From Longimicrobiales bacterium (GTDB lineage: Bacteria; Gemmatimonadota; Gemmatimonadetes; Longimicrobiales; Gaopeijiaceae), in NCBI GenBank assembly GCA_041690395.1, contig JAWLHJ010000003.1:224001-288000 (forward strand): a stretch of 64,000 nucleotides of DNA. Direction: 5' to 3'. The position numbers and the translations under genes are program-made. Of this stretch, positions 52,134-60,886 are shown piece after piece; position 1 is the first letter of the stretch, and each line of letters opens with the position of its first letter. Below the pieces are notes generated by a model that was given only the letters and a program-made list of their open reading frames with translations, was not told the DNA's origin and did not search any database.

Positions 52134-53003
52134 ATGGGACGCCTTCTCCAACGCCACCCCGTCCTCGCGTTCATCGTCGGAGCCTATGGCTTTTCCTGGG
52201 TCCTCTGGGTTCCGCTGGCCGTGAGCGGTGCGGGTCGCAGCCTCGCGACGACCGGCCTGATCGTCCTCGGAGGGTTCGGCCCCTTGGTGGCTGCCGTGAC
52301 CCTCGAGGCTCTGCGGGGTGGAGCGCCCGGCCTCCGGGCGTGGGCTCGCGCGCGGTTCCGCCTGCGCTGCAAAGCCGCCTGGTATGCGTGGGCGCTCCTT
52401 CTCCCACCGCTCATGGCGGCAGCCACGCTGGGCGTCGGCCAGCTGCTCGGGACGGTGGCGCTGGCTCCGGAGCGCCCGCCGCTGTACGGCTATCCCATCC
52501 TGCTCGCGTTCGTGTTCTTCCTGGGTGGGGGCCAGGAGGAGCCGGGCTGGCGCGGCTACGCGCTGCCACACCTACAGCTCCGCTTCGGCCCCGTGACCGG
52601 GAGCATCCTGTTGGGCCTGATGTGGGCCGGGTGGCACCTGCCTCTCTTCTTCTCCCCCGCATCCTCCCAGGTCGGGCTCCCACCCCTCTGGTACGTGGCC
52701 CACACCGTCGCCATCACGTTCACGTTCACCTGGCTCTTCAACAGCAGCGCGGGAAGCGTCGTCCCGGTGATGCTCCTCCACGCGGGCCTGAACGCGGTGG
52801 CTTCGTGGATCCCTCTGCAGACGGGAAGTGGCGCGACGAGCGCTCTTGGTATCCTGCTCGCTCTCGAGATCCTGCTGGCCGTGGTTTTGCTGGCCGTCTA
52901 CGGCCCCCGCCTTTCCCGCCAGCCTATGGTCCAGCCGACAGGGTTTCGCGCGCCTTCGGAGGTGACGCTCGAAGGCCCCTCCCGAGGAGAGAACCATGAG
53001 TGA
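52134..53003 (+). CDS. CPBP intramembrane metalloprotease
   Basis: EEPGWRG, WAGWHLP and LLHAGLN. Confidence 0.88.
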   Translation: MGRLLQRHPVLAFIVGAYGFSWVLWVPLAVSGAGRSLATTGLIVLGGFGPLVAAVTLEALRGGAPGLRAWARARFRLRCKAAWYAWALLLPPLMAAATLGVGQLLGTVALAPERPPLYGYPILLAFVFFLGGGQEEPGWRGYALPHLQLRFGPVTGSILLGLMWAGWHLPLFFSPASSQVGLPPLWYVAHTVAITFTFTWLFNSSAGSVVPVMLLHAGLNAVASWIPLQTGSGATSALGILLALEILLAVVLLAVYGPRLSRQPMVQPTGFRAPSEVTLEGPSRGENHE

Positions 53004-54015
53004 CGAACCCGACGTGTGGGCACCCGACCTCGCCGAGGGGGCGGGCCTGACCACCGACACGGAGGTACTACGGTTCCTGGTCGATTTCGCCGTACTCGCC
53101 CCCTCCGGACACAACACCCAGCCGTGGCTGTTCCGGGTCGGGGAGGACGCGCTGGAGGTCTACGCGGATCGGACGCGCGGGCTCCCCGTGGTGGACCCGG
53201 CGGACCGGGAGCTCGTGATCAGCTGCGGGTGCGCGCTGTTCAACGCGAGGGTCGCCGCCCAGGCTTTGGGACGGAGGGCGGAAGTGACCTTGCTGCCCGA
53301 CCCCCGGGACCCGGACCTGTTGGCCCGGCTGGCCCTGGGCGCTCGGGTCGATCCAGGTGGGTCGATCGGCGCGCTCTGCGAAAGCATTCCCCGTCGCAGG
53401 ACGAACCGTGCCCAGTTCGAGGACAAGCCCATCGCGGAAGGCATCATCGACAATCTGCGGCGTGCCGCGGAAGGCGAGGGCGCGTGGCTGGCTGTGCTCG
53501 ACGGACAGGCGAAGGAAGAAGCCGCTGACCTCGTGGCCGAGGGCGATCGGGTCCAGATGGCCGACGCGAGCTTCCGGCGCGAGCTCGCTGCATGGATCCA
53601 TTCGAACCGGTCGAGGACCCGGGACGGCATACCCGGGCGCGCCTTCGGATTCGGGGACCTCCTCTCGCTGGCCGGCCCCTTCGTGATCCGGACCTTCGAT
53701 ACCGGCAAGGGCCAGGCGGCCAAGGATCGGGAGTTGGCACTGGGTTCGCCGCTCCTGCTGGTCCTGGGTACCGAGGGCGACGACGAGAGCTCGTGGATGC
53801 ATGCGGGCCAGGCCCTCGAGCGAGTCCTCCTCGAGGCCACGAGCCACGGCATCGATGCGTCGTACCTCAACCAACCCATCGAAGTAGAAGAGCTTCGCCC
53901 GAAGATCGAGTCGGTGGCGGGACGCGACGGTCACCCCCAACTGCTCGTCCGCATGGGATACGGGCCCAAGAGAGAGCCGACCCCGAGGCGCGGAGCCTCG
54001 GACGTCTTGCTCTAG
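52996..54015 (+). CDS. Acg-family FMN-binding nitroreductase-like protein
   Basis: LAPSGHNTQPW, RRRTNR, AGQALERVLL, NQPIE and RMGY..TPRR. Confidence 0.88.
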   Translation: MSDEPDVWAPDLAEGAGLTTDTEVLRFLVDFAVLAPSGHNTQPWLFRVGEDALEVYADRTRGLPVVDPADRELVISCGCALFNARVAAQALGRRAEVTLLPDPRDPDLLARLALGARVDPGGSIGALCESIPRRRTNRAQFEDKPIAEGIIDNLRRAAEGEGAWLAVLDGQAKEEAADLVAEGDRVQMADASFRRELAAWIHSNRSRTRDGIPGRAFGFGDLLSLAGPFVIRTFDTGKGQAAKDRELALGSPLLLVLGTEGDDESSWMHAGQALERVLLEATSHGIDASYLNQPIEVEELRPKIESVAGRDGHPQLLVRMGYGPKREPTPRRGASDVLL

Positions 54016-55037
54016 GGACGATCCCCTGCCGGTTGCCGGCCATCGGCGAGGTCGACCCGCCGGTTGAGCACGTCCTCCAACAGGATCCGACGCGCTCGCC
54101 AGGGTTCCTCGAAGAGCGGGCTGTGGGCCGATTCCGAGAAGGTGTAGAAGCCCTTCATGGGCGCCCGGATGCGATCGAAGTACTCCTTGGCGAGACTGTA
54201 ATTCGCCGTGTAATCGTGGAGTCCCGTGAAGAAGTACACGGGCAGATCGAGCTCGGCGAACGTGGTGGTCAGGTCCGTGTTCATGAACTCGTCCCAGAGC
54301 AGCCTCCTGGAGTAGGACTTGCCTCTCCAGATGCGGATCTTCTCGCCCAGGCTGTAGGCCCGGCAACGCCACACGGGAAGGAACACGCCAGTGATCACCG
54401 AATCCATCTCGCGCGTGGTGCCGACTCCGAGCCTGTGCATGGCTGCGTCGCGCAGGTGCTCATAGGCCTCGGATAGCCCGTCGGCCATGCTGACGGGTGC
54501 CGCCTCGAGCTTGCGGACCATTCTGGCATCGCCATGGGTCCGGTACTGCTCGAGCATGTATCGGTGCGCCGCCACCTCCGACCGGAGCTGGTGCGAGACC
54601 TGCGCCATCCCGATATAGGCGTGGAAGAACTCGGGCGCCCGGGACGCCACCTGGATCCCGAGAAAGCTGCCCCAGGAATGACCGAGCAGGTAGATCTTGT
54701 CCACCCCGAAGCGCCGCCGCAGATGGTTCGTCACCGCGATGACGTCCGAGATCATCTGCCTGACCGTCATGCTCTCCCGGGGAATGTCGGCGTTGTATGA
54801 GATGCCCGCGCCGCGCTGCTCCCACCAGACGACGGTGAAGTCCGGCTCCAGGCCCGTGGGATGCGTGGAGTTCAGGAAGAACTCCGGCATGCCCGGGCCG
54901 CCATGGAGAAACAACAGCACGGGGTTGGAGGGATCCGTCCTCTGGATGAACATCCCTTGCTCGACGCTGTTGATCTCGACGAAGACCTTTTCCGAGATGG
55001 TGCCGGCGACCGGACGACCCGCATCACGGCGAAGCAT
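54012..55037 (-). CDS. alpha/beta hydrolase (proline iminopeptidase-like)
   Basis: LHGGPG, EQRGAG, GHSWG, GLHD and SAHSPLFEEP. Confidence 0.85.
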   Translation of the reverse strand: MLRRDAGRPVAGTISEKVFVEINSVEQGMFIQRTDPSNPVLLFLHGGPGMPEFFLNSTHPTGLEPDFTVVWWEQRGAGISYNADIPRESMTVRQMISDVIAVTNHLRRRFGVDKIYLLGHSWGSFLGIQVASRAPEFFHAYIGMAQVSHQLRSEVAAHRYMLEQYRTHGDARMVRKLEAAPVSMADGLSEAYEHLRDAAMHRLGVGTTREMDSVITGVFLPVWRCRAYSLGEKIRIWRGKSYSRRLLWDEFMNTDLTTTFAELDLPVYFFTGLHDYTANYSLAKEYFDRIRAPMKGFYTFSESAHSPLFEEPWRARRILLEDVLNRRVDLADGRQPAGDRP

Positions 55038-55083
55038 CAGGAGCGGCCCAGAGTTCGAGCCGCGTCCTGATGCAGACCCTGCG

Positions 55084-55671
55084 TCAGAAGCTCCAGGCCA
55101 GCCCGATGTCGACGGCCACGTATTCGAGCTCGACATCCGTCGTGACCGGTCCGATCTCCACGTCTCGCGAGAAGAGGCTGTAGCGGACGCCCGGTGTCAG
55201 GCTCAAGCGCTCACCCAGCGCGAGGGCCACACCCGCCGCACCCTCGAACCCGAGTCCGTGCCCGGAGTCCGCCACGACATCACCCTCGTTGTCCTCGAGC
55301 TCGAGGTGGACCACGGTCCCACCGACGCGCAGCCATCCGGACAGCGGACCGTCCTCGGAGAACGGCTGTTCGAATCGAAGCCCGAAGACGTAGCCGGTCT
55401 CCTCGAAGTCGATATCAGCTCCCGCGAACGACGTCTCGGGGTTGAAATGGGTCCATCCCCATCCCGCGTACGCACCGACCTGCGGGGTGAATCGGTAGCT
55501 GAACGTGCCGTCCAGAGTCACGCCCGTCCCGAGATCTTCCGTCCCGATGTCCTGGGTGGGGAACGCCGCCCCACCGCGCACCTCGACGCCCCAACGGCGG
55601 TCCTGGGCTTCCGCGGGTGAGGTGGCGACCATCAACGCCAATCCGGTGATCAGTAATGTCGAAGTCTTCAT
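55084..55671 (-). CDS. small outer-membrane beta-barrel protein (OmpA-like barrel)
   Basis: Signal peptide AEA-Q, amphipathic strands, terminal GLAWSF beta signal. Confidence 0.82.
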   Translation of the reverse strand: MKTSTLLITGLALMVATSPAEAQDRRWGVEVRGGAAFPTQDIGTEDLGTGVTLDGTFSYRFTPQVGAYAGWGWTHFNPETSFAGADIDFEETGYVFGLRFEQPFSEDGPLSGWLRVGGTVVHLELEDNEGDVVADSGHGLGFEGAAGVALALGERLSLTPGVRYSLFSRDVEIGPVTTDVELEYVAVDIGLAWSF

Positions 55672-55930
55672 GTCTATCTCCACTGAAACGTGAATCCACG
55701 CTCTGTAGCCGTCCCACGAGGGATCGGCCGGCCTACGCATCAAATCTCACGGAGCGAGTGGATCCTCTGTCGGGAGAACCCTTAAGCGTGGGTGGGGAAG
55801 GACCCACGCCTCGGACGGGCCAGGGCGCTGACGGGGGAGGCTCTGCCGTCGGACCACTACATTCCGCTGAACCATCGAGCCGGTTCTGCGACCGGCCCGA
55901 CATGAATCGTCACGATCGCGAGGGCCGGAC

Positions 55931-56635
55931 ATGGAGGAACGACCGACGGATCCGGAGCCGAAGGGGCACCCGCTGCGACGGTCGTGGCGTCGTCTAGTGG
56001 CGCTCGGACTCCTCGTCTGCGTCGCGGTTCTCTTCGTATCCTCGGACCCACTCTTCGGCTGGCTCAACGGCATCGTTCTCAGTCTCGAGCCGTGGATGCT
56101 CCGCCACCGGATCGCCGGCGCCGTGGTCTTCGCCGCACTCGCCTCGATCTCGGCATTCCTGGCGTTCTTCTCGAGCACGATCCTGGTGCCGATCGCGGTT
56201 CACGCCTGGGGAGCCCCGCACACGGTGGCCCTGCTCTGGGCAGGGTGGATCGTAGGCGGCTCGGTGGCCTACGGCGCCGGACGCTGGCTGGGTCGCCCAA
56301 TGGCACGCTCGGTGGCGGGTCCCGAGCGTCTGGCGTACTACGAATCGCGCCTCGGTCAGCGTGCGCCTTTCACGCTGATTCTCCTTCTGCACCTCACGCT
56401 CCAGTCCGAGATCCCCGGCCTCGTTCTGGGCATGCTCCGATACCGGTTCGAACGCTTCATACTCGCACTCGGGCTGGCCGAGATTCCGTACGCCCTGGGC
56501 GTGGTCTATGCGAGTCAGTTCTTCCTCGAACGGCGAACCGGCCCTCTGCTGGTCGCCGCTGCCGCTGCCGTCGCCGCGGCCGCGTGGGCGGCTCATGCCC
56601 TTCACCGGAGGCTCGAGACCGGCGGCACACGCTAG
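55931..56635 (+). CDS. DedA/VTT (SNARE-associated) membrane protein
   Basis: TM helices and the AYGAGRWLGR pattern. Confidence 0.75.
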   Translation: MEERPTDPEPKGHPLRRSWRRLVALGLLVCVAVLFVSSDPLFGWLNGIVLSLEPWMLRHRIAGAVVFAALASISAFLAFFSSTILVPIAVHAWGAPHTVALLWAGWIVGGSVAYGAGRWLGRPMARSVAGPERLAYYESRLGQRAPFTLILLLHLTLQSEIPGLVLGMLRYRFERFILALGLAEIPYALGVVYASQFFLERRTGPLLVAAAAAVAAAAWAAHALHRRLETGGTR

Positions 56636-57144
56636 GCGGAGGGCCTCGGATCAGTCGAGATCCGCTCGTCGGCCGGCCCGTCGTTCATCAGGTGCATCCG
56701 AACGCCGGGCCAGAAGGTGGCCCCGAGAATCAGCATGCCTACGATGCCGTAGATGAGCTGGAGTGGCGGCTGGGCGTGATAGCCGATCACCGCGATCTCC
56801 ACGGCGAGCCAGACCAGGAGCGCGGCACCCACGAGCAACGAGCCGGTCCATGACCACGGTTTCCGGGCCCAGACGCCGTAGGCCACCGCCAGAGGGACCA
56901 CGCCGAGCAGGCTCAGAAGGACGAGTCCCGGGATGCCGTAGTCGTCGAAGGGCGAGCCCACCAGCCACTCCGCGGGGAGGCCCAGCCCCGCCCCGCTCGG
57001 GTCGAACACGAGGCCCAACCCTCCGCCCACACCGCTCATCCCCTGGAACGCGAGAGCCGAGATCAGGAGCTGGACCGGTCTCGGTCGCGCTCCGTCCTTC
57101 TCTTCCGGCCCGACTCCGCCGGAAGACCGTGCGTCATCACTCAT
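56632..57144 (-). CDS. hypothetical membrane protein
   Basis: Four TM helices, SPFDDYGIPGLVL, SD AGGAGG. Confidence 0.7.
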   Translation of the reverse strand: MSDDARSSGGVGPEEKDGARPRPVQLLISALAFQGMSGVGGGLGLVFDPSGAGLGLPAEWLVGSPFDDYGIPGLVLLSLLGVVPLAVAYGVWARKPWSWTGSLLVGAALLVWLAVEIAVIGYHAQPPLQLIYGIVGMLILGATFWPGVRMHLMNDGPADERISTDPRPSA

Positions 57145-57255
57145 CGGGCGTCCCTCCTGGTCGCTGTACTCCCAACCAAGCTCGTAAGAGCGATCGTTCC
57201 GGTCTGTGGGGCGACCGCCCCGACATGACGTGGGAGCATCCTCCACATCGCGCCG

Positions 57256-58410
57256 TCACCAGCCGATGAGCAGCTCCCGCAGAATACGCCCCACCTCGTC
57301 GTTGTCGCGGATACCGGCGAGCCGCTCGGCTCCCGGCCCGGCCGCGAAAAGCGGCACCATGGCATGCGTATGGCTGCCCGTGGTGTAGCGCAGCTCACGG
57401 TCCGGAGACGACGCCTCGCCGGTGATCGACAGCCCGCCGGTCTCGTGGTCGGCGGTCACGACGACGAGCGTTCCGGGAACCCGGTCCGCGAAGTCCAACG
57501 CCACGGCGACCGCGCGATCGAGCTCGATGATCTCCGCTTCGATCGAGGCGAGCGGGTCCCGGTCGTGCTGATAGGAGTCGGTCCCCTCGGACTCGACGAG
57601 CAGAAAGAACCCCTCGTCGTTCCGGGAGAGACGGTCGAGCGCCACCCGCGTCATCGTCGGGAGGTCCGGCGTCCGGGAGCCGGCGCGGGGCATCTCGTCG
57701 TCGGCGAATAGCCCGATCAACCGGCCTTCACCCGAGGCGATCGCTGCGAGCGCCTCCGCATCGGCGGGACAGTCGGCATGGGCGCACGCCGCGGCCAGGA
57801 GGTCTCCGGCCCCGGTCGGCTCCGAGCCGTCGAAATGCTCGCGCCCACCTCCGAGCACGACATCCACTCCGGAGGCCAGCAGCTGGGGCGCGAGCGATCG
57901 GTGGATGTACCGGCTCGGACTGTGGGCCACGAACGAAGCGGGCGTCGCGTCCGTCACCGCGGTCGTCGTGACGAGCCCCGTCGACTTCCCCGCTTCTTCC
58001 GCATGCTCCAGGATCGTCGGCACGGGCGCGCAGTCCGCGGGATCCCGATCCGAGAGGTCCGGATCCTCTTCCAGGAGCGCGCGGCACTCGGGCGCGACCG
58101 CGATCGCCCGGTTGAACGTCCGTACCCCGGTCGCCAGCGCAGTGGCGCCCGCCGCGCTGTCGGTCAGGCCACCGTCCGAGTTCCGGGTGTCCGTGAGCCC
58201 GACGACCGGCATACGCGCTACCGCCAGAGCATCGCCGAGCGCGAGGCGTGCCACGGTCCACGTACCCACACCACCGCCGTCCGCGACGATCAAGATCAGG
58301 TTGCGGGCCATGGGTGCGCCGCCCCTGTCCTGCCCCATCAGGGGACTCCCCATGACGAGGATCCAGGCAAGGACGAGCGCCAGGGTGGTGGTTCGCGGAT
58401 CGCGCTTCAT
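57256..58410 (-). CDS. alkaline phosphatase (PhoA family)
   Basis: NLILIVADG, TDSAA, DATPASF, TADHETGG and HT; signal peptide. Confidence 0.9.
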   Translation of the reverse strand: MKRDPRTTTLALVLAWILVMGSPLMGQDRGGAPMARNLILIVADGGGVGTWTVARLALGDALAVARMPVVGLTDTRNSDGGLTDSAAGATALATGVRTFNRAIAVAPECRALLEEDPDLSDRDPADCAPVPTILEHAEEAGKSTGLVTTTAVTDATPASFVAHSPSRYIHRSLAPQLLASGVDVVLGGGREHFDGSEPTGAGDLLAAACAHADCPADAEALAAIASGEGRLIGLFADDEMPRAGSRTPDLPTMTRVALDRLSRNDEGFFLLVESEGTDSYQHDRDPLASIEAEIIELDRAVAVALDFADRVPGTLVVVTADHETGGLSITGEASSPDRELRYTTGSHTHAMVPLFAAGPGAERLAGIRDNDEVGRILRELLIGW

Positions 58411-58506
58411 GGGTGACCCCCTACGTGTTCGTCGATTGGGCACCCGGAACGTCGAGAGCCCTCCAGACGATACCGTGGCGAGCCGGTAACGGTTCGTGGT
58501 CGGCTT

Positions 58507-59592
58507 TCACCGCGCTTCCTTCCGCTTCAGGATCCCGAGCGGATCGGCCGGATCCACGCCCGGCATGAAGAGCTTCCGGCGATCGACGTCGGTGAGCTGG
58601 TAGACGAGCCCCAACCAGTTGTTCACGATCGCTTTCGCGGTGTCGCCCCACGTGTTGTCGAGGAGCGGCATGACGTCCCGCTCCAGCGTCTCGGACACGG
58701 GCACGCCGGCCGCGCGGGCCCTGGTCGCGCTTTCGACGTAGGCCCGCGCCGCGGCCTTCGCCTCGTCGTTCAGGTAGTGGTCGGGAAACGGCGGGGGCTC
58801 GGAGAGCTCGCCGTCCAGGTAGCGACGGACCTCCCGCTTGTACTCCTTGAGCAGGCTGTGGACGTCGTACTCCGGGTGCCCCTGGAAGAAGATGAGGCGG
58901 AACTGGTCCGGGCTCGCCGCCACGTGCACGCCCGCCTCGTCGCTCTCCACCAGCACGGCCAAACCGGCCGCTTCGAACTGCTCGCGCGAGATGTCGTTGT
59001 GCCGGGAGTGCGGGACGTCGAAGCGCGTGTTGATCTCACGGAGGAGCGGATGATCACGGGTGTGCACCCGGTGGCTGTAGACCCCCCAACGCTTCCGGGG
59101 CAGCGGCTGACGCTCGATACCGTAGAGATGGCGCACCAGCGCGTGGGTGGCGAGGCACGAACACAGGACCGACGTGACGTTCTCCCGCGCCCAGTCCACG
59201 ACCTCGACGAGCGGCGACCAGAAGGGCTCGCGGGCCACCTCCGGGTTGGCGACGTTCGCCCCGGTGATGATCAGCGCGTCGAGCCCAGCCTCCTTGAGAT
59301 CCTCGAAGCGGCTGTAGTAGCGGTCGATGTACTCGAGCGCCTGCTCGCCGCGGTCGAGGCCCGGCAGGGAGAACGGGTAGACGTAGAACTGCGCGATCCG
59401 GTTGCACGCGCCGACGAGCCGGATGAACTGGCGCTCGGTGGCCTGGAGCGCGGCGTCGGGCATCATGTTCAGGAACCCGATATGGAGCTCGCGGATGTCC
59501 TGGTGCTCGGCCCGGTCGAGGCTGAGGAGCTCGTGCCCCTGGGCGCTCAGGGCCGAGAAGGTCGGGAGGCCGGAATGTGCGACGAGTGGCAT
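58507..59592 (-). CDS. metA: homoserine O-acyltransferase (HTS family, probably succinyl)
   Basis: DIRELHIGFLNMMP, TERQF, SCLA, PHSRH and GHPEYD. Confidence 0.9.
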   Translation of the reverse strand: MPLVAHSGLPTFSALSAQGHELLSLDRAEHQDIRELHIGFLNMMPDAALQATERQFIRLVGACNRIAQFYVYPFSLPGLDRGEQALEYIDRYYSRFEDLKEAGLDALIITGANVANPEVAREPFWSPLVEVVDWARENVTSVLCSCLATHALVRHLYGIERQPLPRKRWGVYSHRVHTRDHPLLREINTRFDVPHSRHNDISREQFEAAGLAVLVESDEAGVHVAASPDQFRLIFFQGHPEYDVHSLLKEYKREVRRYLDGELSEPPPFPDHYLNDEAKAAARAYVESATRARAAGVPVSETLERDVMPLLDNTWGDTAKAIVNNWLGLVYQLTDVDRRKLFMPGVDPADPLGILKRKEAR

Positions 59593-59595
59593 GTG

Positions 59596-60774
59596 TCAGC
59601 TCGACCGCTCGAGCGCCTGCAGGACGTCGGCGGCGATGTCGTCGAAGTCTTCGAGCCCGACCGAGATGCGGATCAGGCCGGGGGTGATGCCCACGGCCAG
59701 GCGCTCCCCTTCGGTGAGCTTGGCGTGGGTGGTTGAAGCCGGATGCGTCACGATCGTGCGGGTGTCCCCGAGGTTGGCGGTGAGCGAGCACATGCGGATC
59801 GCGTCCAGGAAACGACGCCCCTGCTCCAGGCCTCCCGCGACCGTGAAGGTCAGGATCCCCCCACCCGCTTTCATCTGACGCCGAGCGATCTCGTGCTGCG
59901 GATGCGAGGGGAGAAACGGGTACCGGACCTCGCGCACGCCCGTCACTCCGTCCAGCGCTTCTGCCAACGCGAGCGCGTTGTCGGAGTGGCGCTCCATGCG
60001 AAGGGCGAGCGTCTCCAGGCTCTTCGAGAGGACCCAGGCGTTGAAGGGCGACAGCGCCGGCCCGGTGGAGCGACAGAACGCGAAGATCTCGTCCACGAGG
60101 TCCTTGCGACCGACGACCGCTCCGCCCAGCACCCGACCCTGCCCATCGATGAACTTCGTGGCGGAATGGACCGAGAGGTGGGCCCCCAGGTCGAGAGGGC
60201 GCTGCAGAACCGGCGTGGCGAAGCAGTTGTCCACCACCAAGACGAGGTCGTGGCGGGCAGCGAGCTCGGCCAGGAGGTCTAGATCGAGGATCTCGAGCGC
60301 GGGGTTCGTCGGCGTCTCCACGAAGATCATGCGCGTTGCGTCGGTCACGGCCGCCTCCCAGCTCTCCTGGTCGCCCGAGGCGTCGACGTACGTGTGCCCG
60401 ATGCCGAAGCGCGGGAGAAGCTTCGTGAGCACCGTGTGGGTCGAGCCGAACACGGAGCGGCACGCCACGATGTGGTCGCCCGCCGACAGCAGCGCGGCGA
60501 ACGTCGCGAACACCGCGGACATCCCGGAGGCCACCGCATGGCCGGCCTCGCCGCCCTCCATGATCCGCAGCTTCTCCGCGAGCTCCGCCACGTTCGGGTT
60601 CGTGAACCGGCTGTAGATGTTGTGCTCGAGCTCGTCGGCGAACGTCGCCCGCATCTCCTCGGCACTCTCGAACGTGAAGCTGGACGTCAGGTAGAGCGGA
60701 ACGGAGTGCTCGGCCTGGGGGGACGGCGGAACCTGCGTCCGGACGGCCGCTGTCTGAGGCTTGGGATCTTTCAT
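59596..60774 (-). CDS. metZ: O-succinylhomoserine sulfhydrylase
   Basis: YSRFTNP, SGMSA, VDNCFATP, HSATKFIDGQGR, NLGD and RISVGLE. Confidence 0.88.
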   Translation of the reverse strand: MKDPKPQTAAVRTQVPPSPQAEHSVPLYLTSSFTFESAEEMRATFADELEHNIYSRFTNPNVAELAEKLRIMEGGEAGHAVASGMSAVFATFAALLSAGDHIVACRSVFGSTHTVLTKLLPRFGIGHTYVDASGDQESWEAAVTDATRMIFVETPTNPALEILDLDLLAELAARHDLVLVVDNCFATPVLQRPLDLGAHLSVHSATKFIDGQGRVLGGAVVGRKDLVDEIFAFCRSTGPALSPFNAWVLSKSLETLALRMERHSDNALALAEALDGVTGVREVRYPFLPSHPQHEIARRQMKAGGGILTFTVAGGLEQGRRFLDAIRMCSLTANLGDTRTIVTHPASTTHAKLTEGERLAVGITPGLIRISVGLEDFDDIAADVLQALERSS

Positions 60775-60886
60775 GTCTCGACTGTCGAGCGAGTGGTTTC
60801 CATCGACGAGACCCGGAAGATACCCTCGAGGTCCTTCGGGCCCGAAGGCGCTTCACCGGGACCGCCCTGACGTTATCTTCGCCCCC

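Noticed and set aside
60775..60886. SAM riboswitch upstream of metZ
   Set aside because: The gap is short and shows no SAM-I or SAM-II consensus elements.
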